From an uncultured Acidimicrobiales bacterium (GTDB lineage Bacteria > Actinomycetota > Acidimicrobiia > Acidimicrobiales > SHLQ01): 64,000 bases of DNA. The translations under genes were made by a program, and so were the position numbers. Positions 27,181 to 36,668 of the stretch are shown in pieces. Numbering within the stretch: the stretch's first letter is position 1; each line of letters starts with the position of its first letter. The notes below the pieces were generated by a model. That model searched no databases. It was not told the DNA's origin and saw nothing but the letters and a program-made list of their open reading frames with translations. Location of the stretch: positions 345 through 64,344 of the forward strand of contig CAYVHV010000014.1 in the NCBI GenBank assembly GCA_964451305.1. The letters run 5' to 3'.

Positions 27181-27936
27181 GTGGAAATTTTTGGAGTCAT
27201 CAACGCATCTCCCGACTCACTCGCCGACTTCTCGGTAGCAACAACTCCCGAGGCTGCTCGGGCGTACGCCGAGGAGTTGCTCGCAGCTGGTGCTGATCAC
27301 ATCGATCTCGGCGGGCAGGCGAGCCATGGTGGGGCAGCGGTGGTCACGTCCGATCAAGAGTGGGCGATCCTCGAAGGCCCGCTGCGCGCCATTGCCGAAC
27401 TCGACGTCACGATCTCGGTAGATACCTGGCAGGTCGAGACGGCCCGTCGCGCGTTCGACGCTGGGGCGTCGGTGCTCAACGCCGCAGATGCGCTCCAAGA
27501 TCCGGCGATGCTCGAGTTCGCAGCCGAGCGCGAATGCGACATCGTGCTGCCGTTTATGTTGGGCCCTGATCCGCGCCACCTCAAACACGTCGAGGGAGAT
27601 CCGGTGGAAGTCATGATCTCGTGGTTCGGTGAGCGCCTCAAGGAGATGGACGCCTACGGCATTCGAGAGCGCTGCTATCTCGACCCCGGCACGGGGTTCG
27701 GGCCAGCGCACTGGGACTGGGAAATGCGAGCGGAATACCAACGCAAGATCTACACCGGTCTCGACCGACTTCGGGTCTTCGATCTGCCGATCTACGTACC
27801 GGTGCCGTGGAAGCAAACACCCGACCGTATGGAGCTGCTGGACATCGCGCTCTCGCACAACCTGGATTACACGAGGTCGCATTATCCAGCGCAGGTACGC
27901 GAGCGGCACAACGCCCTCAATCCGATCGACTCGTGA
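27181..27936 (+). CDS. folP: Dihydropteroate synthase-like protein (atypical)
   Basis: GVINASPDS, DLGG, ISVDT, LDPGTGF, RSH; TAGCGT-N6-GTG. Confidence 0.75.
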   Translation: MEIFGVINASPDSLADFSVATTPEAARAYAEELLAAGADHIDLGGQASHGGAAVVTSDQEWAILEGPLRAIAELDVTISVDTWQVETARRAFDAGASVLNAADALQDPAMLEFAAERECDIVLPFMLGPDPRHLKHVEGDPVEVMISWFGERLKEMDAYGIRERCYLDPGTGFGPAHWDWEMRAEYQRKIYTGLDRLRVFDLPIYVPVPWKQTPDRMELLDIALSHNLDYTRSHYPAQVRERHNALNPIDS

Positions 27937-28027
27937 TCGCTCCAACTGCGTCTGTGGCTAGGGTTCTCGACCGCTGCCTCTAACCTGTCCCAAGAGAACG
28001 ATCGAGCGCAGTTTCAAAGGAGCGGTC

Positions 28028-29644
28028 ATGTCGGATCAGACAGAAGAGCAGTGGTGGCGAACCGGTGTTGTGTACCAGGTGTATGTGCGGTCATTCGCTG
28101 ACGGCAACGGTGACGGAACCGGCGACGTGGCTGGTCTGCGTAGTCGTCTCGGCTATCTGAGCGCACTCGGCGTCGACGCGCTGTGGATCAACCCGTGGTA
28201 CGCGTCGCCGCTTCGCGACGGCGGCTACGACGTGGCGGATTACCGCAAAATTGATGAACGTTTCGGGACGACCGAAGAGGTCGAGACGTTCATTTCGGAG
28301 GCGCACGATTACGGCATCAAGGTGATTGCTGATCTCGTACCGAACCACACCTCGAGCGATCACGCGTGGTTTCAAGAAGCGCTCGCTGCAGAACCTGGTA
28401 GCCCCGAACGCGATCGCTATGTGTTCCAACCGGGCAAGGGCGAAGATGGCGAGCTTCCACCCACGGACTGGACGGCGGTCTTTGGTGGGTCGGCGTGGGA
28501 ACCGGTCGGTGACGGCTGGTGGTACCTCCATATCTTCGATGTGTCGCAGCCCGACCTGAACTGGGAGAACGAGGAGGTTCGAGCCGAGTTCGACAGCGTG
28601 TTCCGCTTCTGGCTCGATCGTGGGATCGATGGTTTCCGCATCGACGTCGCACACGGATTGGTCAAGGACCGGACGTTTCCCGATGTTGGACGTGTCGGCG
28701 CGATTCTCGAGAGCGAACGGGTCGCGAACCATCCCTTCTGGGACCGCGATGGCGTCCACGAGATCAACCGTCGCTGGCGCAGGGTGCTCGATGAGTATGA
28801 GAACCGCATGATGGTCGCAGAGGCATGGGTCGCCGCTGACCGGCTACCGCTCTACTTGCGCCCTGACGAATACCATCAGTCCTTCAACTTCGATCTGTTG
28901 ACCACCGATTGGGATGCATCGGAGTTCGCTGCGGTCATCGAGACATCGGTCGAGGCAGCCGAGAAGATTGGCGCAGCCTCGACGTGGGTGCTTTCGAACC
29001 ACGATGTGATGCGTCACGCAACGCGCTATGGCCTGGCGAAGGGTACGGCCTGGCGCAAGTGGCCAATGACCGGGCCGGTCGAGGCGCTCGACGTGGAACT
29101 TGGGAACAGACGTGCGCGAGCTGCGTGTCTCATCACGATGGCGCTTCCAGGATCGACGTACGTGTACCAAGGCGAAGAGCTGGGCTTACCGGACGTGTGG
29201 GATCTGCCCGAGGACGTTCTCGACGACCCGACGTGGTTGCGTTCGGGCAAGACCGAAAAGGGTCGAGACGGAAACCGCGTTCCGATCCCTTGGAAGGAGA
29301 GCGGCCCCTCGTTCGGCTTTGGTGATGGCGGGTCATGGCTGCCTCAACCCGACACGTTCGGCGCACTCAGTGCGGAAGCCCAAGAGGGTGATAGCACATC
29401 GATGCTGGCGTTGTACCGGGAGGTAATCGAAGCGCGAAAACAGCACCTCATTGCTGACCAGCGCTTCGAGATCGTCGAACTGGGCAAGGACGTATTGTCG
29501 TTCCAGCGGGGCGATGTTCACGTCATTGTGAACATGTCAGCATCGGCGATCGACCTCCCAGCTGGCGAGATTATCGTCTCATCACTGCCGGGCGTGACGA
29601 CGACCCTCGAGCCGGAAACTGCGGTGTGGATGAGGGCAAACTGA
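28028..29644 (+). CDS. GH13 alpha-glucosidase
   Basis: YQVYVRSFAD, DLVPNH, DGFRIDVAH, VAEAW, SNHD, YQGEELGL. Confidence 0.93.
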   Translation: MSDQTEEQWWRTGVVYQVYVRSFADGNGDGTGDVAGLRSRLGYLSALGVDALWINPWYASPLRDGGYDVADYRKIDERFGTTEEVETFISEAHDYGIKVIADLVPNHTSSDHAWFQEALAAEPGSPERDRYVFQPGKGEDGELPPTDWTAVFGGSAWEPVGDGWWYLHIFDVSQPDLNWENEEVRAEFDSVFRFWLDRGIDGFRIDVAHGLVKDRTFPDVGRVGAILESERVANHPFWDRDGVHEINRRWRRVLDEYENRMMVAEAWVAADRLPLYLRPDEYHQSFNFDLLTTDWDASEFAAVIETSVEAAEKIGAASTWVLSNHDVMRHATRYGLAKGTAWRKWPMTGPVEALDVELGNRRARAACLITMALPGSTYVYQGEELGLPDVWDLPEDVLDDPTWLRSGKTEKGRDGNRVPIPWKESGPSFGFGDGGSWLPQPDTFGALSAEAQEGDSTSMLALYREVIEARKQHLIADQRFEIVELGKDVLSFQRGDVHVIVNMSASAIDLPAGEIIVSSLPGVTTTLEPETAVWMRAN

Positions 29645-29758
29645 GCGCCTTTCCGACACGTTGTGAAATCTGACCACACCCCTTGAGATATCCAAGAAAC
29701 TCTGTACTATGTTCTTTGGGTCTAAAGCCCAAAACATTCGGCGGCGAGTGCCGAATGT

Positions 29759-29787
29759 GGCGGAAAAGGCGGGAAAAGGCGGGAAAG
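29759..29787. repeat. Three near-identical 9-10 bp direct repeats GGCG(G)GAAAA
   Basis: ggcggaaaa ggcgggaaaa ggcgggaaag. Confidence 0.75.
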
Positions 29788-29892
29788 TAGCTCGGGGGTT
29801 GGTCTTGGCCGGCCCCCGATCTATGCGTTCGGGGGCATGTGTCGGTCCGGCGAACCCTGTAATTGGTCGGGTTCCCAGCTACCGTTGTGGCT

Positions 29893-30666
29893 ATGGCAAG
29901 AAACCGGCGGTCCGCAGAAGAAACCCGCCGGCTTATGGTCGAGGCAGGCCTTGAGATGCTCCAGCAGCACGGCCTGACCCTCGGGCTTGGTCAGCTCACT
30001 CTCGAGGCAGCGTGCATCGAAAAAGACATCGCTCGATCGTCGAGCCATTCGGCGTGGGCGATCGATGACAGGTTCTCTCCCCAAGAGAAGTTTCAGCGTG
30101 AAGTCGTCAAGTCCTGGCTCTTTGATCGAGAAGGCACCCTGTTCGCTGGGGCCGCAGCTGATGCGGTTGCGAAGCTCTTCGAGGACGGCGAACGCCCGAC
30201 ACCAAAAGAAGTGATTCGCGCCGGTGGTCAAGCTGCCCTCGATGTTGGGATGCGGAGCGCTGAACAAGGTGGCGACTTTCTCTCCACCGACCTTGCGTTG
30301 CGGTACTCGATCGCATCACAGCCGCACGGCGAACGAGATCCAGAGATGCTCGGCTGGTTGTCATCGGGCGAACGTTCGAATCGAAAGGCCCGTGTCGAAG
30401 ACACCTACAAGCCATTCGCCAAGACCATTGGCTACGAAGCCAAGCCGGAATTTGGCGATGCTGCCTACGAGATCTATTCGGTTGTGGTCGCGTCCCTCGT
30501 CGAGGGGCTTTCGTTGCGCTCGATGCTGTTGCCAGAGCTGGAAATCACCGAGCCCATCCCGGGGACCGAAGAGGATCGCGTTCCGGCCAACGTACTGGGC
30601 GCCTGCCTCGAAGCGCTCGTCCCCGTCTTCTTCAATCCAATAGAGGACGACTCACAACCCGAGTGA
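29893..30666 (+). CDS. Divergent TetR-like transcriptional regulator
   Basis: RRSAEETRRLMVEAGLEML..LTLEAAC..IARSS resembles a TetR HTH; helical C-domain with SLVEGL. Confidence 0.55.
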   Translation: MARNRRSAEETRRLMVEAGLEMLQQHGLTLGLGQLTLEAACIEKDIARSSSHSAWAIDDRFSPQEKFQREVVKSWLFDREGTLFAGAAADAVAKLFEDGERPTPKEVIRAGGQAALDVGMRSAEQGGDFLSTDLALRYSIASQPHGERDPEMLGWLSSGERSNRKARVEDTYKPFAKTIGYEAKPEFGDAAYEIYSVVVASLVEGLSLRSMLLPELEITEPIPGTEEDRVPANVLGACLEALVPVFFNPIEDDSQPE

Positions 30667-31125
30667 GATCTCGCGTGCGAACGTGAGGAGCTCCTCCACG
30701 TGTGAGTTGGTGAACCCGATCGACGGCGTTGTCTGCACGAGCGTCGTCGGAATCGTTTCGTTTCGTTTCGACGCCCACGAGTAGGCATCGTCGTAGAGGT
30801 CGTCGTCAATCCACGCCGCTGGGCGGGCGCCTACCCAATGCTTGACCGAGTCGAGTTTGCGGGTTTGGGTCTGGCCACGGACAAAGGAGATGACCGGCAA
30901 AGGATCGAGGCCGAGGGCTGGGCACAGTGCCTGGTTCGCGTAGTGCTCCCACGTGGTAGCCCATACGAGATCGAACGCTTCGGCCAGCCGTTGTAGCCGC
31001 GGAGCGTGAGCATCGGTCCAGACCACCCAGAACCCGCCCAACTCACGTTCTTCGAAGTCGGCCGGCGGCGTCATGCCATAGGGGGAAAGGACTCCACCGA
31101 CGTCGAGCAGAAGGTAGGGGCGCAT
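30652..31125 (-). CDS. HAD-superfamily protein (Swiss Army Knife RNA repair-like HAD domain)
   Basis: LLLDVGGVL, LVWATTW, AWIDDD; TACCTT-N6-ATG 31125. Confidence 0.75.
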   Translation of the reverse strand: MRPYLLLDVGGVLSPYGMTPPADFEERELGGFWVVWTDAHAPRLQRLAEAFDLVWATTWEHYANQALCPALGLDPLPVISFVRGQTQTRKLDSVKHWVGARPAAWIDDDLYDDAYSWASKRNETIPTTLVQTTPSIGFTNSHVEELLTFAREISLGL

Positions 31126-31150
31126 TTGCCCAAGGTAGCGGCTCGTCAGG

Positions 31151-31579
31151 TCAGCGGGGTTCGAGGACGATCGAGGCTGAGTTGATGCAGTACCTGGTGT
31201 CTTTGCCGCCTTGCCCGTCGGGGAAGACATGGCCGAGGTGCGCGCCGCAGTCGGCGCAAAGCGTTTCAGTGCGTGGAATGCCGTATGCCCAGTCAGAGTC
31301 CTCGGCGATGGCCTCTTCACTGACCGGCGCGTTAAATCCGGGCCACGGCGAACCGCTTGCATCGAGCTTGTTCTCGCTATCGAAGAGCTCTGCGTTGCAA
31401 ACCCGGCAGTGATACGTGCCAGTGGTGGTCGTACCCAGGTATTCGCCCGTGTACGGCTCTTCGGTACGGCCGAGATGCGCCACCTGATACTGCACGGGCG
31501 TCAATTTCTCGCGCAGCTCATCTTCGGAGTATTTAGTAATTCGAGGCTTCTTTGCAAAGAGTCGCTTCAATAGCTTCAT
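31151..31579 (-). CDS. msrB: Methionine-R-sulfoxide reductase
   Basis: TEEPYTG, two CxxC, WPGF, HLGHVFPDG, RYCINS. Confidence 0.95.
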   Translation of the reverse strand: MKLLKRLFAKKPRITKYSEDELREKLTPVQYQVAHLGRTEEPYTGEYLGTTTTGTYHCRVCNAELFDSENKLDASGSPWPGFNAPVSEEAIAEDSDWAYGIPRTETLCADCGAHLGHVFPDGQGGKDTRYCINSASIVLEPR

Positions 31580-31643
31580 ACATAGAGAAACCGGGTGAGG
31601 TATCCAACTTGTTCCACCCATCTCCCGCGGGCGCAGAATCTGG

Positions 31644-32102
31644 CTAGGCGGCTCGTTTGGTTACGTCGGGGCGATCGGGAGCGATGAATTCGTGGAGGTA
31701 CCGCCACTCTGGGTCATCTTCACCGGAAAGCTCCATGCCTCGCTCACGGACGATCGACGGTGCCGATAGCAGCGCCTCGGCCAAGCTTTGAGTTCGGGAA
31801 CCGTAGAAACTCAGTTCCCACCGGCCGTGAGAACACACTCGACTCATCGGGAAGAACCCGGCGTCTTCGGCAGCTTCGATAACCGCGTCCTCGAACTCGT
31901 AGAACCATGTCGCTTCGTCCGGGCTCGCAAGGCCGTCTTCGCCTGGCTCATCCATCATGACGCCGAGAAGATGTAGGTACGGCGCTTCCCGTTGTGGGCC
32001 AACGTCGACGAGCCCTCGGTTGTAGAGGACGCTGGCGCTTTTGCCGTCGTCGGTTTGGGCCTGGTACATCTGCCACGCCTGTGGAACCTGATTCGAACGC
32101 AT
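31644..32102 (-). CDS. DUF695-like hypothetical protein
   Basis: DGLASPDE..EFED, GRWELSFYG, DDPEWRYLHEFI pattern. Confidence 0.6.
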   Translation of the reverse strand: MRSNQVPQAWQMYQAQTDDGKSASVLYNRGLVDVGPQREAPYLHLLGVMMDEPGEDGLASPDEATWFYEFEDAVIEAAEDAGFFPMSRVCSHGRWELSFYGSRTQSLAEALLSAPSIVRERGMELSGEDDPEWRYLHEFIAPDRPDVTKRAA

Positions 32103-32216
32103 GGAGACAAATCGGCGCGAGCTACCCGGTTCTTGAATAGAAGGTCATATGACACCCAATGTGAGGCATCGGACCCCTAAGGGCCCTCACTACATCTGCC
32201 GATAATTACTGGGACG

Positions 32217-33182
32217 ATGGCATCTCATTCCGCACCCACGCCCATTCGAGGCGATCTCGACGAGGAGTACTTCGACGAGGACGACGACGATCGCGCCTTC
32301 GACGATGAGTTCGAAGACAACTACGACGACGACGAGCTCGACGATCACGACGACAACGATCATGACGATCGCGGGCAGAGCGAACGATCGAACGATCTCC
32401 CCGAGGTCGCAGCGAGACCGAAACGGCGAGTGTTTCGGTGGGCTGCTCGCCTTCTCTCGCTCGCCGTTCTTGCCGTCGTCGGTGTCGGCGCATACCTGCT
32501 CTGGCCGACGCTAAACGAGCGCTTCATTCAACCGGTCGAGACAACGGCTGCTGAGCTCGACACCGTCGAGGGAAGAATCGATCAGCTCGACACGTCATCC
32601 GCGGATTTTGCTGCTGTCGTTGGAGAACTCGACACTCGCCTCACCCAGATCGAGGCCGCCCAATCGGATGTCGCGAACCGTCTCGATGAGGTCGACGAGA
32701 CCATCGGAGAACTCGACGGATTGATCGAGACCCAGACCACCCGGCTCGATGGTCTCGATGAATTGGCCGCCACGCTCGGTACCGATCTCGATGAAACGAA
32801 CGCAACCGCTGCTCGCCAACTCGAGATCACCCGTGCTGCTGAGCTCATGTCGCGAGCTCGACTGTTTCTCTTCCAGGCGAACTACGGACTTGCCGCTGCT
32901 GATCTCGACGCTGCGACGGTGACCCTTGCCAACCTCGACTCTGAAGATGGAGACATCGACGAGGTCATCGACCGACTCGACCGGGCGCTTGTGAACTTGC
33001 CCGACTTCCCGGTCGCAGCGGCGAGCGATCTCGATATTGCATGGCAGACGCTGCTCGGGAATTCACCAGCGCCGTCGCCGCTGCCGTTCCGGACCGATGA
33101 CGCCGAAACGACCGACGATTCCGAGTCGCAGCCGAGCACCGATGATGGTGCCACCGACGAGCTCGAGGCCGTCGCGGAGTAA
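32217..33182 (+). CDS. Bitopic coiled-coil protein with Asp-rich N-terminus
   Basis: Acidic tract, one TM (LLSLAVLAVVGVGAYLLW), long heptad region, C-terminal ARLFLFQANYGLA. Confidence 0.75.
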   Translation: MASHSAPTPIRGDLDEEYFDEDDDDRAFDDEFEDNYDDDELDDHDDNDHDDRGQSERSNDLPEVAARPKRRVFRWAARLLSLAVLAVVGVGAYLLWPTLNERFIQPVETTAAELDTVEGRIDQLDTSSADFAAVVGELDTRLTQIEAAQSDVANRLDEVDETIGELDGLIETQTTRLDGLDELAATLGTDLDETNATAARQLEITRAAELMSRARLFLFQANYGLAAADLDAATVTLANLDSEDGDIDEVIDRLDRALVNLPDFPVAAASDLDIAWQTLLGNSPAPSPLPFRTDDAETTDDSESQPSTDDGATDELEAVAE

Positions 33183-33185
33183 CTC

Positions 33186-33653
33186 CTAGCTTGGAACCGC
33201 CCGTAGCGAAGAATCGAACCTCTTCATCGCAAACGAGAAGCCGAGCGCCCCTACTTTGCTGAGGAGGGGACCGAGCGGATCGATGAAACTGGGTAGGCGA
33301 TCGACGGTGACGTCTTCAAACCAAACGATTCGGGCGCCGTTCCCATGCGATGTCAACGTGAAGCCAGCTTTGCCGTCCAGGACAGGACCGATCTTCGCGA
33401 CCTCGCAGTAACCGGTCGATGTTTCCGGGTCCCAGTCGATTGCGAGGACTTCCATGCGATCGACCAGCATGAGCGGGCCAACCCCGGTGTAGGCCGTGAA
33501 CGTGCCTCCGACCGCACGCGGGTCGCCGTCGTCGATTTCGACTCGTGTGGCGGGTACCCAGTCGCCATGGGCTTCCCAGTCGATCATTTCCTCCCAGACC
33601 TTGTGCGGGGGAGTGATGAAGTCATGCGTGACGGTGAAGCCGATGGCAACCAT
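33186..33653 (-). CDS. SRPBCC (START-like) family protein
   Basis: VWEEMIDWEAHGDWVPAT, FTAYTGVGP, VAKIG, WFEDV. Confidence 0.8.
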   Translation of the reverse strand: MVAIGFTVTHDFITPPHKVWEEMIDWEAHGDWVPATRVEIDDGDPRAVGGTFTAYTGVGPLMLVDRMEVLAIDWDPETSTGYCEVAKIGPVLDGKAGFTLTSHGNGARIVWFEDVTVDRLPSFIDPLGPLLSKVGALGFSFAMKRFDSSLRAVPS

Positions 33654-33675
33654 GGTTCCAGTGTCTCACCGGCGG

Positions 33676-34902
33676 TTACCGCAGCGCTGACCCAACGTGG
33701 TGTCCGGTGCTAAACACGGCCTGCAAGAGGTAGCCGCCGGTAGGGGCCTCCCAGTCGAGCATCTCGCCGACGACGTAGGTGTTTGGCGATGCATTGAGTT
33801 GAAGGTCATCGTCGACCGCCGACCATAACACGCCGCCAGCACACGAGATGGCACGCTCCATCGATGCGAGTTCGTCGACCTGGAGCGTGACGGCTTTCGC
33901 GAGTTCACCGAGACCGTCGGCGTTCGTGGGTAGGTCGTTCCCGGTGGCCTCGCGCATCAGGCTGATGCCGACGGGGCTGATGCCACTGCGGGCTAGCCAC
34001 GTCGAGAGTGACTTCTTCTTCTGACGGCGCTCGACGAGTCGGCGGACGAGATCGCCGACGTCGAGGTCGGGCATGAGGTCGATTATGAGCTCGCCGGAAC
34101 CGTCGGCGGCGATCTGTTCTCGGAGGCGCCGCGAGTGTGCATAGACGGGTCCGCCTTGCAACCCGGTTCGAGTCACGATCGGGTCGCCGCGAACGGCGTA
34201 GCCGTCGACGATGACCGCAGAGTTCTTCACCGGCTCGCCCGCAAATCGATCGACGAGCGGTGCACTCCACGGGTACGAGATGCCGCAGTTCGCCGGCTGC
34301 AGATCGGTGACGTCGATGCCGCGGTCACGAAGGGTTGTGACCCATGAGCCGTTCGAGCCAACCCTCGGCCAGCTCGGCCCTCCGAGGGCAAGGACTGCAG
34401 CGTCGTACTCATAGCGCTGGCTGTTGCCGTCGCTGTCGAGAAACGTGAGGGCGGTGCGTTCGCCGGAATCATCCCAGCCGCACCACGTGTGCTCACCGGT
34501 AAAGGTCACGCCCCGCGCCCGGAGCCGACGAAGCCAGGCGCGGAGAAGTGGCACAGCGCGAAACGACTTTGGGAAGACGCGCCCGCTACTACCGACGAAG
34601 GGTGTTTCACCAAGGCCGCCGGCCCACGTGCGTAGGTCGTCGGGGGTGAACCCGCGGATCGCCGCTTCGAGATGGTGCCGTTCGGGGCCGTAGCGGTCGA
34701 GGAACTCATCGATGGGTTCGCTATGGGTCATGTTCAAGCCGCCGCGGCCAGCGAGAACGAACTTGCGGCCCGGAGATCGGCGTTGATCGAAGATCGCGAC
34801 GGTGTGACCAGCGCGAGCCGCGACCTCGGCTGCCATCAGTCCACCAGGCCCCGCGCCGACGATGACGACATCGAGCGTGCGCTCTTGGGGTTCTGTTTCC
34901 AC
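33676..34902 (-). CDS. HI0933/BaiN-like flavoprotein
   Basis: GAGPGGLMAA, GRKFVLAGRGGLN, GSSGRVFP, GEMLDWEAPTGGYLLQ; TAAGCT-N6-GTG. Confidence 0.9.
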   Translation of the reverse strand: METEPQERTLDVVIVGAGPGGLMAAEVAARAGHTVAIFDQRRSPGRKFVLAGRGGLNMTHSEPIDEFLDRYGPERHHLEAAIRGFTPDDLRTWAGGLGETPFVGSSGRVFPKSFRAVPLLRAWLRRLRARGVTFTGEHTWCGWDDSGERTALTFLDSDGNSQRYEYDAAVLALGGPSWPRVGSNGSWVTTLRDRGIDVTDLQPANCGISYPWSAPLVDRFAGEPVKNSAVIVDGYAVRGDPIVTRTGLQGGPVYAHSRRLREQIAADGSGELIIDLMPDLDVGDLVRRLVERRQKKKSLSTWLARSGISPVGISLMREATGNDLPTNADGLGELAKAVTLQVDELASMERAISCAGGVLWSAVDDDLQLNASPNTYVVGEMLDWEAPTGGYLLQAVFSTGHHVGSALR

Positions 34903-34977
34903 CTGCAGAGCTTACGGCGGACAGAACTCTGAGCGTTTCGTAGAACGGCGTTGAGCCAATGGCCTACGGTTAGGGTC

Positions 34978-35604
34978 ATGTTCTCCCGATTCAAAGGCAA
35001 AGGAACCGAACCTGTTCCGGCCCCTCCGGGTCGCGACGAGCAGATGGTGATTGCCGAGACCCATGCCGTGCTCGGCACACCGATGCGAGGACCGTTTCCC
35101 GACGGCATGGAGCAGATCATCATCGCCATGGGGTGTTTCTGGGGCCCGGAGAAGATCTTTGCCGAACTCGACGGGGTTTATACGACCGCAGCCGGTTACT
35201 CGGGCGGTGTCACGCCGAACGCAAACTACGAAGAGGTCGGTGGTGGAAGCACCGGGCACGCCGAATCGGTATTGATCGTCTTCGACCCAACGGTCATCTC
35301 GCTACAGGAATTGCTCGTCAAGTTCTGGGAGCAGCACGATCCAACGACGCCACGAGGGTTGACGGGCTTTGGTTCGCAGTACCGCAGTGCCATCTACACA
35401 ACGACGCCCGAGCAGCTCGAGGCCGCACTCGCTTCGCGTGATCACTACCAGGCCCGGTTGCGTGACATTGGATATTCCAAGATTCGAACCGAAATTCGAG
35501 CGGCCGGAGAGTTCTACTACGCAGAGGACTACCACCAGCAGTACCTGCACAAGAACCCTGCAGCCTTCTGTCCACACGGCTTCTGTCAGGTGAGCTACAC
35601 CTAA
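34978..35604 (+). CDS. msrA: Peptide methionine-S-sulfoxide reductase
   Basis: GCFWG, TGHAE, HDPT, QYRSAIY, YAEDYHQQYL. Confidence 0.95.
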   Translation: MFSRFKGKGTEPVPAPPGRDEQMVIAETHAVLGTPMRGPFPDGMEQIIIAMGCFWGPEKIFAELDGVYTTAAGYSGGVTPNANYEEVGGGSTGHAESVLIVFDPTVISLQELLVKFWEQHDPTTPRGLTGFGSQYRSAIYTTTPEQLEAALASRDHYQARLRDIGYSKIRTEIRAAGEFYYAEDYHQQYLHKNPAAFCPHGFCQVSYT

Positions 35605-35657
35605 CCTTCGACGAGCCACACGTGGACCTTCGACGAGCACACGTGGTTCTCCCACGT
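35604..35657. repeat. 21/22-bp tandem duplication containing CACGTG, followed by a short hairpin
   Basis: accttcgacgagccacacgtgg (35604-35625) and accttcgacgagcacacgtgg (35626-35646); acgtgg-ttctc-ccacgt. Confidence 0.8.
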
Positions 35658-35698
35658 CGAGCCAATGGAATTGGAGCGGTGTCTGCTAGCAATGCGTC

Positions 35699-36592
35699 AT
35701 GCTGATCTCGCTCTTCGATTCCCAACCCGTCGTATCAACCGCAGTTGCGAACGCTGAACGCGCACGAGCGGCAGGACTCCATCGCTATTGGGCGCCGCAG
35801 GTCATGAACGCTGACACCATGCTGACCTTGGGTGCGGTCGCGGCTTCGGTTCCTGACATCCTGCTCGGCACGTCGGTCGTTGCAATGCAAACCATGCTTC
35901 CCCAGACGATGGCTCAGCAGGCCCGAACCCTCAACCAACTCAGCGATGGGCGGTTCACGCTGGGGATCGGCGTGAACCACGAACCCGTCGTCACGAACCG
36001 GTGGGGGCTTCCATGGGAAAAGCCGTACAGCCGCTTCGTCGACTATCTCAACGCCATGACGCCGCTGCTCGAAATCGAGTCGGTCGATGTGTCCGGGACG
36101 TACTTTTCGCACACGACCGAAATCGCCGTTCCCGGTGATGCGCCAGAGCTGATGCTCGCCGCCCTCGGCCCGAAGATGCTCAACCTGGCCGCCGAGCGCA
36201 GTGGCGGGACGATCACGTGGATGACCGGGCCGAAGACGATCGCCGAACACATCCGGCCGAACCTCGACGCTGGTCAAGAGGCTAGCGGTGGCGGCAAAAT
36301 CGTTGCCGGAGTCTCGGTCGTTACAACGACGAGCGAAGAGGAGATAGCTTCTGCACGCTCGTGGGCGAACAAGGCGCTCGCGATCTACCCACAATTGCCG
36401 TCGTACCGTGCCGTTATGGACCGTGAGGGCGCAACCGAGGCTGCCGACCTTGTGCTGATCGGTAGCGCCGATGAAGTGCAAGCGGGTATTGAACGGTACC
36501 GAGACGCCGGCACCGATGAGGTCGCGCTGAACCTGATGGGCGCTCCCGAGCAGAACGAGCGCAGTTGGGAACTGATCTCGGGTATGGCGTAG
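35699..36592 (+). CDS. LLM-class, probably F420-dependent, oxidoreductase
   Basis: YWAPQ, LGTSVV, GRFTLGIG, LAALGPKML, LPSYRAVMDREG. Confidence 0.85.
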   Translation: MLISLFDSQPVVSTAVANAERARAAGLHRYWAPQVMNADTMLTLGAVAASVPDILLGTSVVAMQTMLPQTMAQQARTLNQLSDGRFTLGIGVNHEPVVTNRWGLPWEKPYSRFVDYLNAMTPLLEIESVDVSGTYFSHTTEIAVPGDAPELMLAALGPKMLNLAAERSGGTITWMTGPKTIAEHIRPNLDAGQEASGGGKIVAGVSVVTTTSEEEIASARSWANKALAIYPQLPSYRAVMDREGATEAADLVLIGSADEVQAGIERYRDAGTDEVALNLMGAPEQNERSWELISGMA

Positions 36593-36668
36593 CCGCTATT
36601 CCGAACGTACAGGACCCGATATCAGCCTTGCTCCACGAGCCGGATCGTTCACGCCGTAGCCTTACGGG

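Noticed and set aside
29662..29678. CRP-like site TGTGA..CCACA
   Set aside because: Spacing is N7 with a mismatch, not TGTGA-N6-TCACA
35604..35657. Possible mini CRISPR array
   Set aside because: Only two adjacent units with no spacer, and no cas genes
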